Assembly: GCA_963724295.1 (NCBI GenBank)
Contig: CAVRUC010000005.1
Span: forward strand, 202,492-266,491
From: an uncultured Chloroflexia bacterium
Lineage (GTDB): Bacteria; Chloroflexota; Chloroflexia; Thermomicrobiales; UBA6265
Length of the DNA stretch: 64,000 nt
Reading direction: 5' to 3'
Made by a program: the position numbers and the translations under genes. The notes below the pieces were generated by a model. It was not told the origin of the DNA, ran no database searches, and saw only the letters and a list, made by a program, of their open reading frames with translations. Shown here in pieces: positions 48,688-57,971 of the stretch. How positions within the stretch are numbered: the first letter of the stretch is position 1; each line of letters begins with the position of its first letter.

Positions 48688-50070
48688 ATGCATTCGACGT
48701 CACGTTGGCCGGTAACGATTCTGACCGTGATGCTCGCCATCGTAGTGGCGACCGTTGGCTTTCTGTCCCAGGTCGACCCCATCACGGCCCGCCAGGACGC
48801 CGCGGTCGAGATCTCGGTCGTCGACTTTGCCTTCGAGCCCGGCACGGTGTCGGTTCCTGCTGGTGCGACCGTGACCTGGACCAATACCGGAAGTCGGCCA
48901 CACACCGTCACCGCCGACGACGGGTCCTTCGATTCCGGCCGCCTCGACCCGGGTGAGCAATTCAGTCAGACGTTCGACCAGCCCGGAACGTTCACCTACC
49001 ACTGCGGGTTCCACCCCGAGATGCAGGGCTCGATCGTCGTCGCCGAACAGCAAGAGCAGACCGCCCCAAGCGACGACGCCACGCCAACCGCTGATGAGCC
49101 CGCGAGCAGTGAATCGGCAGCCGTCTCCGACACGGCGGGACCGGTAGGTAATCTCGAGCCGGTCGAGCCGTCACGCCTGGCCCACATCCATGCCGGCACC
49201 TGCGAGGAGCTGGGTATCGTCGTCTACTCCTTCCCCGACCTCGAGACCTATCGTCTCGATGAAGGAGAGGACGCCGGTGTCGGAGCGATCGAGCTGATCA
49301 CCGGGACGACCCAAACGCCGCTGAGCGGGTTGTTCGGCGAGCCGTTCTCAGTCCACGTCCATGAGAGCGCCCAGAACAAGCAGACCTACGTCGCCTGCTC
49401 GGATATCGGCGGTAGACCTGGCGATCCCTGGACGGAGAGTGATGGTCTGACGCTGCGGGCGGTGGAGCAGAATGGGTCCGGCTACAGTGGGTTCACCACC
49501 CTCCGTCCGACCGCCGACGGCGGCACCCAGGTGTCGATGGTCATCGCGGCGTCATCGGCAGCCACCGAGTCAGCGGCGGCCCAGCCCGAGCCACCACCCA
49601 GCACGACCTACACCAGTCCGACTTACGGCTATACGATCGGGTACGGGCAGATGTGGGAAGAGTCGGAGAACCTTTCCGCCGGCGACCGCGATCGCCTGGT
49701 GCTGTTCAACGGCACCAGTTACATCACCTTCACCGGCGCGCGCGAGTTCGGTGGTGATCCTCAGGCATGCGTCGATGACTTTGTCGCCGAGCTCACCGCC
49801 GATCCGAACGTGAGCAATCTGGGGCTGGCCACCGACGAAGAGGGCAACCCCCTGGAGGGCAGCACGGCGGCGACCGGAGCGTTCGCCGTATACAGTCACG
49901 ACTACACCTTCCCGGATCGGGTCGAGCCCTACACGCTCTTCGTTCGTTGCGTGCCACTGATCCCCAACGAGGCAGTCCTTGCCATCGTCCAGAACGTACC
50001 GACGGAGGACTACAACGACCAGGTCGAGCTCCGGGAGGCGCTGCTGCGCGGATTGACTCTTGCCCAGTGA
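48688..50070 (+). CDS. membrane-anchored cupredoxin (type-1 copper) domain protein with large C-terminal extension
   Basis: An N-terminal TM segment is present. The copper ligands are H in RPHTV and C-x2-H-x2-M in YHCGFHPEM. The C-terminal roughly 300 aa contains AHIHAGTCEELG, which is CHRD-like by recollection. Confidence 0.75.
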   Translation: MHSTSRWPVTILTVMLAIVVATVGFLSQVDPITARQDAAVEISVVDFAFEPGTVSVPAGATVTWTNTGSRPHTVTADDGSFDSGRLDPGEQFSQTFDQPGTFTYHCGFHPEMQGSIVVAEQQEQTAPSDDATPTADEPASSESAAVSDTAGPVGNLEPVEPSRLAHIHAGTCEELGIVVYSFPDLETYRLDEGEDAGVGAIELITGTTQTPLSGLFGEPFSVHVHESAQNKQTYVACSDIGGRPGDPWTESDGLTLRAVEQNGSGYSGFTTLRPTADGGTQVSMVIAASSAATESAAAQPEPPPSTTYTSPTYGYTIGYGQMWEESENLSAGDRDRLVLFNGTSYITFTGAREFGGDPQACVDDFVAELTADPNVSNLGLATDEEGNPLEGSTAATGAFAVYSHDYTFPDRVEPYTLFVRCVPLIPNEAVLAIVQNVPTEDYNDQVELREALLRGLTLAQ

Positions 50071-50114
50071 ACGAGGTTGAACGAAGGGTGATCGGGTGAT
50101 TACTCGCTCCGCTC

Positions 50115-51092
50115 GTGGTGGCAGGGTGGCTGGGTGGCGTTCCCCCTGTCACCCAGCCACCCTGTGACCCCGCCACCCAGGTGCCCCATCCCCTGCGGTT
50201 CCACGTGCTGCTCCTGCCGGACGTTGGCTGGGCGGAGTTGAAGTCCCGCGTCCTCAGGTTGGAGGAGCTTGGAGTCGAGGTCGCGGCGCTCGCGGACCAC
50301 GTTGTCGACTGGATTCACCCCACCGTGCCCTGGTTGGAGACGTGGACCGCGCTGCCGGCGCTGGCGGAGGCGACTCGCACCATCCGGCTCTCGACGGTCG
50401 TCACCCAGATCCCACTGCGCAACCCGGCCATGCTGGCTCGCCAGGTCTCCACCCTCGATCACATCTCGAACGGTCGGATCGAGCTCGGTCTGGGCACGGG
50501 GCTCACGATCGATCCGTCGAGCACCATGATCGGCGTGCCGAACTGGGAGCCCAGGGAGCGTGTCGACCGCTTCGGCGAGTACATCGAGCTTATCAGCCAG
50601 TTGCTTACTGAGGAGGTCACCACTTTCCAGGGGCGTTTTTACCAGGTCGAGGGCGCGGCCCGGCACGCTACGATCCAGTCGCCGCGCCCACCGATCCTGG
50701 TCGCCGCCCTTGGCCGGCGTATGATGCGCCACGCCGCCCGCTACGCCGATTTTTGGAACAGCCTGTCGTTCCTGCCCACCTTCGACGAACAGCTCGCTGA
50801 GACCCGGACCCGCTGTGAGACGATCGACGGCGCGTGCGAAGCGATCGGTCGCGATCCTTCAACGCTGCGCCGGTCCTACACCATGTTCGACGCCCAGTCC
50901 CGATCTAGGGGCGGCGCGATCGGCTACTACGAATCCAGGGAGCTTCTCATCGATCAGGTCAGCCGCCTGGCTGAGCTGGGGATCAGCGACGTCGGTCTCT
51001 ACTACCCCTTCGATCCGGCACAGCTCGCCGCGTTCGAGGCAATCGCTACCGAAGTGCTACCCGGTCTCCGCTCGGTCGGCCCATCGCTCTGA
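50115..51092 (+). CDS. LLM-class F420/flavin-dependent oxidoreductase
   Basis: ALADHVVDW...RLSTVVTQIPLRNPAMLARQVSTLDHISNGRIELGLG is typical of the class. The true start may be GTG 50181. Confidence 0.75.
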   Translation: MVAGWLGGVPPVTQPPCDPATQVPHPLRFHVLLLPDVGWAELKSRVLRLEELGVEVAALADHVVDWIHPTVPWLETWTALPALAEATRTIRLSTVVTQIPLRNPAMLARQVSTLDHISNGRIELGLGTGLTIDPSSTMIGVPNWEPRERVDRFGEYIELISQLLTEEVTTFQGRFYQVEGAARHATIQSPRPPILVAALGRRMMRHAARYADFWNSLSFLPTFDEQLAETRTRCETIDGACEAIGRDPSTLRRSYTMFDAQSRSRGGAIGYYESRELLIDQVSRLAELGISDVGLYYPFDPAQLAAFEAIATEVLPGLRSVGPSL

Positions 51093-51224
51093 CGGCTCCG
51101 ATTACTGTAACCTTGTGCGAGACACACAATTCGCAGCCCAGCACGAGGGGCAACCGAGGGCTACACAGGGTCGGGGCGCTCGGATATCGTGCTCTCCTGA
51201 CCCGCGGTCTACTGAAGGAGCATC

Positions 51225-51602
51225 ATGCCGAATCCACCGAACTTCGCCAAGAAAAACCTCTCGCACGTCAATCTGGCCACCGCCAATCTGGCGGGCGTCG
51301 ATCTCCACGCGGCCAACTTGCGCGACGCTACGCTCAAAGAAGCGAATCTGGAAGGAGCGGATCTGACCGACGCGGATTTGTCCCATGCCAATCTGGCCGG
51401 GGCCAGCTTGCGCAATGCGTGCGCGTCGCATGCCAACATGGCGGATGCCGACCTGCGCGATGTTGACCTCGAGGGTACGAACCTTCGGGGAACTCGCCTT
51501 GCGGGAGCTAAGTTAGGTGATGCGCAACGAGCGGCCGCCACGGCAGCGGGAGCCGACTTCGCCGATGCCGCCGGCGACGGAGAGTCAGCCGGCGGCCACT
51601 AG
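51225..51602 (+). CDS. pentapeptide-repeat protein
   Basis: It contains continuous A(D/N)LxG-type pentapeptide repeats (ANLAGVDLHAANLRDATLKEANLEGADLTDADLSHANLAGA). A GAAGGAG SD lies upstream. Confidence 0.85.
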   Translation: MPNPPNFAKKNLSHVNLATANLAGVDLHAANLRDATLKEANLEGADLTDADLSHANLAGASLRNACASHANMADADLRDVDLEGTNLRGTRLAGAKLGDAQRAAATAAGADFADAAGDGESAGGH

Positions 51603-51689
51603 AGCGGCTCCGGCGTTGGATCGCATCCATGGCGACGCGCAGTTTCGTAGGGTCACGTTTCCATCAGAACTGACGAGATTCCTCGTGCG

Positions 51690-51786
51690 CTGCTATGAAA
51701 AACTCGCCGAAAAACCCGAACGGACGCGGAACGGGTTTTCATGCCGTGGTGATGCCCCACCGGGGCATGACTACTCGAAATGACAC
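51690..51786. repeat. 97-nt two-hairpin repeat core, second copy
   Basis: It matches 9942-10038 at 96/97 positions. It contains the stems AAAACCCG/CGGGTTTT and ATGCCCC/GGGGCAT and ends in AAATGACAC. Confidence 0.8.
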
Positions 51787-51931
51787 CGGTTTCGTATGGA
51801 GAGCTGGCGATGGCGAGAGATGTTGCCACGACTCCAGCATCACTGCGGGTACTCGCGTATATGAAGCGCCCTGACCCCCGTGAAGAGGGCCAGGACGCTG
51901 ACAGTTGCCTATCCCAAGGCGTCGCAGAGGC

Positions 51932-52720
51932 CTACTGACGGCCTGACGACCTCCCTTCGGTGTCGTCGATGAGGGAGGCATCCTCGTCGACGTAGACCTC
52001 CTCGCGGCGCACCGTATCGCTCACCCGCTCGGTGCGCTGCGTCGCTTCCTTGCTAACGACGATCTCCTCCGCCACCCGCGCTTGCTTCTGCAGCTCGACC
52101 TGCTCGCGCGTCAGCGGCACCTCGATGACGATCTCCTCGAAGGCCTGCGTCTCGGCGCCAACCGGACGATCGACGATGCGCCGCTCCACCCGGATCTGCT
52201 CGTCGGTGACGGGAACCTCGAGAACACGATTCTCCTCGACGACCCGCTTCTCGATGCGCACCGCGCCGGCTTCCGCAGGACGGACGGTGGCGGTGAGCTC
52301 TTCCTCTATAACCGGGATGCGAATCTCGTTGTCATCAGCCACCTGGGCGGTTGTCGCAAGGCGATCAGCAGAGCCGCCGCGGTCGGTCACGCCGCGATCG
52401 AAGATGATCTGATCGGCTGCACTGACATCACTGCCGGTGAAGACGGTCCCACTATCCGTCATGCCCGTGGGCACCACCTCAGGCACCGTATCCCAGCCGC
52501 TATTCAGTGCCGCGTCCCTGGCGACATTCAGCGTGATCTGGCCGCCCCCGGCACTGTCGATGGCACTTGTGGGAATGTAGTAGTCGGTCGGAAAGAAGAA
52601 ACCCTTCTCCACGACGATGTACCCTGACTGCACCTCGGCGACGGTGCCGACCTTGTCGCCATCGCTGCCGTAGACCTCGTCACCAACACCGATCTGGCTG
52701 GCGTCACTCGAACTGCTCAT
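51932..52720 (-). CDS. PRC-barrel plus DUF2382 (YsnF/AvaK-type) stress-domain protein
   Basis: The N-terminal region VGDEVYGSDGDKVGTVAEV..VVEKGFFFPTDYYIP is PRC-barrel-like. The C-terminal region IRIPVIEEELT...VRIEKRVVEE...VRREEVYVDED is the DUF2382 pattern. Confidence 0.8.
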   Translation of the reverse strand: MSSSSDASQIGVGDEVYGSDGDKVGTVAEVQSGYIVVEKGFFFPTDYYIPTSAIDSAGGGQITLNVARDAALNSGWDTVPEVVPTGMTDSGTVFTGSDVSAADQIIFDRGVTDRGGSADRLATTAQVADDNEIRIPVIEEELTATVRPAEAGAVRIEKRVVEENRVLEVPVTDEQIRVERRIVDRPVGAETQAFEEIVIEVPLTREQVELQKQARVAEEIVVSKEATQRTERVSDTVRREEVYVDEDASLIDDTEGRSSGRQ

Positions 52721-52863
52721 GGTGCGGTTCCTTCCTTACGTGCAGACCCGGATTTCGCACGCCATCATGCGGTGAGCTCGTGCCCGGGGTCGGGATGGTG
52801 ATTGCAGAAGCTGTGCCATGACGCCAAGAGCCACTGGTCAACGGGCGACGGAATGGTCCGGGT

Positions 52864-53208
52864 TTACTGATGGACCGGATCGGCTTCTATGATGGTGACC
52901 GGAGCGATACCTGAGGTGCGGCAGGTCGTCTGGATCACGGTGTCGGCCTGGGTTCGATGAATGAGCACGGCCAGTGCTGCTACCCGCCGTTGTCCTGCAG
53001 TCAGGAGCGTCGCTAGCGAGGCCCACCCTGCATTTGTCCTGTCGTCATTACCCACTTCATTCATGCTCTCGATGAGCGGCACCTTCGCACGCACGGCCGT
53101 CTCAATCACGAAAACCGCCGCTAGCATCCGCGCTCCCGTGTCGTCCGTTAGGGAGGGGAGCGGCAGATGGTGCGGCGGACCTGGTAGCTGCGACCTTTGC
53201 TGGACCAA
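52864..53208 (-). CDS. hypothetical ORF in the spacer between the two DUF2382 paralogs
   Basis: This is a 114-aa ORF with no recognisable motif and weaker GC3 bias by eye. It may be a gene remnant. Confidence 0.2.
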   Translation of the reverse strand: MVQQRSQLPGPPHHLPLPSLTDDTGARMLAAVFVIETAVRAKVPLIESMNEVGNDDRTNAGWASLATLLTAGQRRVAALAVLIHRTQADTVIQTTCRTSGIAPVTIIEADPVHQ

Positions 53209-53505
53209 GGCATTGCGATCACGAATTGGTCAGGGAATTGTTGGCCCGGAGCGGAATCGGCTACGTTTCGTCTCGTATGTCGAGGTATGCCTGAACGCGG
53301 TGAGACGAAGTCAGCGCTGAACCTCATGGTCAGCAATGCCGCGCTCGCCTGGCTCCTCGACGCCGAGGTAGAAGGGCAGGGCATGCCGCAGTGATGCCGT
53401 CAATCGAGGGTCACCTCGTGTCGCGTACGGCCGCACCATGAAGCGCGCCCTGGCAGTCGTCATTGACCACCAGAGCGCGGAGATGCGAGAGATAGTGGGA
53501 ACGTC

Positions 53506-54246
53506 CTAGCGATGCTGGGCCGAGTCTCCCTCGATGTCGTCGATGATGGTGGCATCCTCATCGACGAAGACCTCTTCGCGGCGGACAGAGCCGGAGACCT
53601 GCTCGGTGCGCTCGACGGCTTCCTTGCTGACGACCACTTCGCCGGTGACCCGGGCCTGCTTCTGCAGGTCGACCGTCTCGGTGGTCAAGGGCACGTCGAT
53701 GACCGTCTCCTCGAAGGCCGCGGCATCCGTGGCACTGACCGGGCGGTCGACTACGCGCCGCTCGACGCGCACCCGCTCCTCGGTGACCGGGACGTTGAGG
53801 GTCTGCTCCTCGGTGACGACGTCCTTCTCGATGCGGACCGCCCCGGCCTCCTGCTCGCGGACCGTGGCGGTCAACTCCTCTTCCATGACAGGGATACGGA
53901 GCTGGTCCTCGGCGGCAACCTCGTAGGCGCCGACCTCCGTCTGGCCAGTAGAACGGGCGCCGCCGGTCGCGGTGACATCGACATCGGTGAGGACCGCGCC
54001 GGTGTCGGGCACCGTGTCCCAGCCGCTGTTCAACGCCGCGTCCTTGGCCAGATTCAGATTGACCTGGCCGTCACTTGCGCTGGCGATGGCGCTCGTGGGA
54101 ATGTAGTAGTCCGTGGGGAAGAAGAAGCCCTTCTCCACCACGATGTAGCTCGACTGCACCTCGGCGACGGTGCCAACTTTGTCGCCGTCGCTGCCATAGA
54201 CATCGTCACCGACATTGATCTGGCTCGACCCGGTTGACCAGCTCAT
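53506..54246 (-). CDS. PRC-barrel plus DUF2382 stress-domain protein, paralog 2
   Basis: Its N-terminal roughly 75 aa is about 85% identical to that of 51932..52720, and the C-terminal pattern is the same. Confidence 0.8.
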   Translation of the reverse strand: MSWSTGSSQINVGDDVYGSDGDKVGTVAEVQSSYIVVEKGFFFPTDYYIPTSAIASASDGQVNLNLAKDAALNSGWDTVPDTGAVLTDVDVTATGGARSTGQTEVGAYEVAAEDQLRIPVMEEELTATVREQEAGAVRIEKDVVTEEQTLNVPVTEERVRVERRVVDRPVSATDAAAFEETVIDVPLTTETVDLQKQARVTGEVVVSKEAVERTEQVSGSVRREEVFVDEDATIIDDIEGDSAQHR

Positions 54247-54345
54247 CTGTTACCTCCGTATATCGCTGACTGCCTGACGGGACTGCCCGCCGACTGTTCG
54301 GTTTCGTAAGTCACGTCTGCACGCTTCGATGTGCCATCCGGCAGG

Positions 54346-54903
54346 CTACCCGCCGCCCATCATCTTCTTCATTGCCACAGCCGCGACCCCGCCCAGGACC
54401 GCCTTGCCGAGCGGACCTCCGAGCAAATCGCCACCGGAACTACTGGCTTGGGCATTTCCGCCACCGCCAAACATGCCACCCAGCATCCCGCCCAAGCCGC
54501 CCAGCGGGTCGTCACTCCCCTGTTGCTGCTGGTACTGCGAGAGCTCCCGGGCCATTCGCCGCGGATCATCATCGTCGTCGTTATCAATCTGGCCGCCCTG
54601 CTGTCGCATCCGGCGGCGCAGCTCGCGCCGCTCCTCGCGCGACAGGCGACCGAGAGATTCAGCCGCGGCCTCCTCGTACTCCTGGGGCGAGAGGCGGCCG
54701 GCCGTTGCCCGGTAGTTCTGGATCACCTCGTCGTCATCGATGCCGTCGTACGGCCTCCCTCGTTCATAGCGCTCGATGAAGTCGTTAGCGCGCTGGCGCC
54801 GCACGGGTTCATCGTCATCGTCCTGCCCGCCAAACAGGCCTCCTAGCAATTGATCAACCACCGCCGTACCTCCTGGAAACTGCAACCTCTGTAGCGCGGA
54901 CAC
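54346..54903 (-). CDS. hypothetical charged/Gly-rich protein
   Basis: It has a low-complexity acidic core (DNDDDDDP), a Gly-rich segment GGLGGMLGGMFGGGG and a hydrophobic C-terminal segment. The codon bias is coding-like. Confidence 0.5.
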   Translation of the reverse strand: MSALQRLQFPGGTAVVDQLLGGLFGGQDDDDEPVRRQRANDFIERYERGRPYDGIDDDEVIQNYRATAGRLSPQEYEEAAAESLGRLSREERRELRRRMRQQGGQIDNDDDDDPRRMARELSQYQQQQGSDDPLGGLGGMLGGMFGGGGNAQASSSGGDLLGGPLGKAVLGGVAAVAMKKMMGGG

Positions 54904-55244
54904 GATGTCCGCCGCTACCAGCTAGCGTTGCATCCCGCTTTGCCGGTTGCGCTTCTAAGTTGACGACCCGTTCGTCGCCGCCAACTCTCAATGCATGCTT
55001 CGTGCCGCATGAGAATGAACGACTCATAAACCAGGTTCGACCCGGTGTGCGCACGTTCTGGCAGACGCTGCTGGAGCTCTGTCCGGGTTGTTCTGGCACA
55101 CGTGGTGCATGGAGGCGACGCGAGCGCTCTGCGGGACTCCAGCGCGATGGATGCCACCCCTTTTTCGGGTGTCGTCCGCACGCCTCGTTCGAGCCGCGAA
55201 GTAGTCACGCCTCGTGCTTCCTTCGATCCTTGGAGTCGTTCTTC

Positions 55245-56132
55245 GTGAGACATTCGGGGCCGCTTTCGACCGCTCTTCAGGTGCTGCGTCAAACGCTGCG
55301 CGATGTTTGGGCCGGACAGGCGATGGAGTGGGCGGCCGCGCTGGCCTTCTACGGCGTTCTCTCCGTCTTCCCGTTGCTGCTCGCCGGCGCCGCATTGGCG
55401 AGCTACGTCGTTTCTCCGTCCGTCGTCACGGCTCGGCTGTCCACCGTGGTGGAGGCAGTGCTCCCAGCAGGTGTTGTCGATGTCGATCCGATCGTCTCGG
55501 CCGCCATCGCGGCGCGCGGGCAGGTCGGGCTGTTGGTGATCATTCTCTGGGTGCTTGCCGGCCGGCGAATCTTCGGCGCACTGGTGACTGCACTTGATCG
55601 CGTCTCGGATGTCGATGCGCGCCACGAGACGGTGCGGCGCCGGGCGCTGGTCGAGTTGGTCGCCCTCGCGGGGACCGGCATGCTGTTTCTGGTGGCGCTG
55701 GTGGCGCGCTCCCTCCTGGGATTCGCGTGGGAGGCCGTCTGGGGGAGCGGGGCCAACTCTCCCGTAGCGTGGGCTGTGGGGGCCGTGGTCCATGCCCTGC
55801 TGCTGGCGTTGGCCTTCTTTGCGCTCTTCACCGTCGTTCCGCATGGGGAACGCAACCCGCGAGCGGCGATGATCGGCGCGATCGCCGCCACGGGACTTGT
55901 CCTCATCGCCCGCGCAATCTTCCTGGCGGCCCTCGACCGACTATGGGCGAGCTTCGCGCTGATCTATGGCCCGATGGCACTCGCGGCCCTGTTGCTCACG
56001 TGGGGCTGGGTCCTGGGGCTCATCGTCCTGTTCGGGGGATCACTCGCCTCCCACGTCAAGGTCATGCTCATCGAAGGGCGCAGCGCGTCCGAAGCCGAGC
56101 GGCGTCACGTCGCACATAAAGTCGCGGCGTGA
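55245..56132 (+). CDS. YihY/BrkB-family membrane protein
   Basis: MEWAAALAFYGVLSVFPLLL is the family N-terminal signature, and six TM segments are present. The start GTG 55245 follows TGGAG. Confidence 0.8.
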   Translation: MRHSGPLSTALQVLRQTLRDVWAGQAMEWAAALAFYGVLSVFPLLLAGAALASYVVSPSVVTARLSTVVEAVLPAGVVDVDPIVSAAIAARGQVGLLVIILWVLAGRRIFGALVTALDRVSDVDARHETVRRRALVELVALAGTGMLFLVALVARSLLGFAWEAVWGSGANSPVAWAVGAVVHALLLALAFFALFTVVPHGERNPRAAMIGAIAATGLVLIARAIFLAALDRLWASFALIYGPMALAALLLTWGWVLGLIVLFGGSLASHVKVMLIEGRSASEAERRHVAHKVAA

Positions 56133-56218
56133 TCGCCGAGCAGCGAATAAGGTAGAACCACCGAGCCGCGGCGCAGTCTGGGCGTCGCATGACGAATTCC
56201 GGCAAGCGGCCGCAATGC

Positions 56219-56252
56219 GAGACGGAGCGAGCCGGCTGGCTCGCTCCGTCTC
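56219..56252 (+). terminator. perfect 15-bp stem hairpin after yihY-like gene
   Basis: The sequence GAGACGGAGCGAGCC-GGCT-GGCTCGCTCCGTCTC is followed by AGTTGTT. Confidence 0.5.
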
Positions 56253-56269
56253 AGTTGTTAGCGATCCTG

Positions 56270-56297
56270 CGCCGGGTGGGTACGAGCCCACCCGGCG
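56270..56297 (-). terminator. 11-bp stem hairpin after the repeat-protein gene
   Basis: The sequence is CGCCGGGTGGG-TACGAG-CCCACCCGGCG, 14 nt beyond the minus-strand stop. There is no clear U-tract. Confidence 0.4.
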
Positions 56298-56310
56298 TTC
56301 GTCAGAGCGC

Positions 56311-57492
56311 TTAGCTCCCGACGATGATGGTGTTGCCCTCGTTGCCGCCGGAGTTGACATCGCCAACCGTCACCGTGCCACCGTTAGCTTCCGATACAGC
56401 GGTTCCGCCATTTCCGGCCGCCGCATCGCCACCGGTGCCACCGGCCGCGGCGTTGCCGTCGCCGCCGTCAGCGGTGGAGACCGCGGTGCCGCCGTTGGCG
56501 CTGATGTCGATCGTCGTCTCGTTGGTGACCGTGCCGCCGTCGACCGCCACGTTTCCGCCCTGGGTCCCCTCGACCACGATCGTGTTGCCGCGGTTGCCGC
56601 CGGAGTTGATGTCGCCGACTGTCACCGTGCCGCCATTGGCTTCCGAGACAGCGGTGCCGCCGTTCCCGGCCGCCGCGTTGCCGCCGGCGCCACCAGCCGC
56701 GGCGTTGCCGTTCCCGCCGTTAGCGCTGGAGACCGCGGTGCCGCCATCCGCGCTGATTGCGATGGTGGTGGCGTTGCTCACAGTGCCGCCGTCGATGCGG
56801 ACGTTCGAGGCGCGTCCGAACAGGCCACCGCCCAGGCCGACCACAATGGTGTTGCCGCGATTGCTGCCGGAGTTGATGTCGCCGACCTTGATCGCACCAC
56901 CGTTGGCCTGTGCCACCGCCACGCCACCGAGACCCGCCGAGGCGTTGCCAAGGAGGCCACCGGCCGCGGCATTGCCGTTGCCACCGTTGGCGCTGGAGAC
57001 CGCTGTGCCGCCATCGGCGCTCAGCCGCAGTGTCGTTTCATTGGAAACCGTGCCGCCGCTGACCGCCACGTTGCTCGGTCCGTAGTGGCACGGGGAGGAG
57101 CCGGTGCTCACGACGACGGTGTTGCCCCGGTTGTTCCCGGAGTTGATGTCGTCGAGGTCGATCATTCCGCCGTTGGCCAGGGAGACCGCCACCCCAGCGT
57201 TGCCGGCCGAGGCGTTGCCACCGGCAGCGGCGTTGCCGTTGCCACCGTCGGCGGTGCTGACCGCGGTGCCGCCGTCCGCGCTCAGGTCGAGCGTCGTCTC
57301 GTTCGAAACCCGGCCGCCATTGACCGCGATGTTCGAAGGCTGGTAGCAGCTCGTGGCCGACGCGGCCGGAGCCATCGTGGCGACACCGATCAGCATCGCG
57401 GCGACGGGAACAAGCCGCAGCCCCGCAAGCAGCGCCGACCGCTTCTGCAGAATAAATCGCGCGGCTCCCCGCATTTGTGTCTGGTCCGTCAT
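56311..57492 (-). CDS. secreted Gly/Asn/Ala-rich tandem-repeat protein (four repeats of about 85-90 aa, beta-solenoid-like)
   Basis: The signal peptide reads MRGAARFILQKRSALLAGLRLVPVAAMLIGVATMAPAASA. The repeats follow NVAVxGGTVSNETTLxLSADGGTAVSSANGGNGNAAAGG..GNAxAGxGGxAVSxANGGxVxVGDINSGxNRGNTIVV. The start ATG 57492 follows AAGGAGAGGG. Confidence 0.7.
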   Translation of the reverse strand: MTDQTQMRGAARFILQKRSALLAGLRLVPVAAMLIGVATMAPAASATSCYQPSNIAVNGGRVSNETTLDLSADGGTAVSTADGGNGNAAAGGNASAGNAGVAVSLANGGMIDLDDINSGNNRGNTVVVSTGSSPCHYGPSNVAVSGGTVSNETTLRLSADGGTAVSSANGGNGNAAAGGLLGNASAGLGGVAVAQANGGAIKVGDINSGSNRGNTIVVGLGGGLFGRASNVRIDGGTVSNATTIAISADGGTAVSSANGGNGNAAAGGAGGNAAAGNGGTAVSEANGGTVTVGDINSGGNRGNTIVVEGTQGGNVAVDGGTVTNETTIDISANGGTAVSTADGGDGNAAAGGTGGDAAAGNGGTAVSEANGGTVTVGDVNSGGNEGNTIIVGS

Positions 57493-57971
57493 GTCCCTCT
57501 CCTTGCTCTCGCTCTCGAACCGCTCGCCGGAATCCACTGCCTGCCGATTCACGATTGCCATGTCCTTGCTCCTTGCTCCTTGCACCGTGTGCTTGTCGTC
57601 CGGCCGTCCGTGCCTTCACGGCTCTGCAACCATTTCAACAGGCAAGGTCTCGCCGCACCGCCAACGGCTTGGCTGGGGCGGTGTCAAATCGGGAACAGAG
57701 CGGACAGGGGTGAATGGGACTCGTTACGCCCGTGGCGGGTCACTGCATTCGAGGGCAAATGGAGGTGAGGGGGTCAGGAAGGTGGCGGCAGGATTGAAGG
57801 TGATAGAGGGGGCGACCATGGCCTGCCACGCCGGAGCACCGGCCGTGGGATTTGTGGCGATGCCGAAGGAATCCACCACTTTCACCACCGCGCGCAGGCG
57901 CGGCCTGATCGTGGGGCTGGCAGGCGCTCTGGCCCGCCAGCCCATACATGGAGTTGTGAGCGTCTGGAAGA

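Noticed and set aside
55966-57768. 600-aa plus-strand ORF
   Set aside because: This is the mirror-image ORF of the minus-strand repeat-protein gene. It has no start context or signal peptide and a monotonous Ala/Gly/Val/Arg composition. The minus-strand frame has a strong SD, a signal peptide and a coherent repeat architecture.
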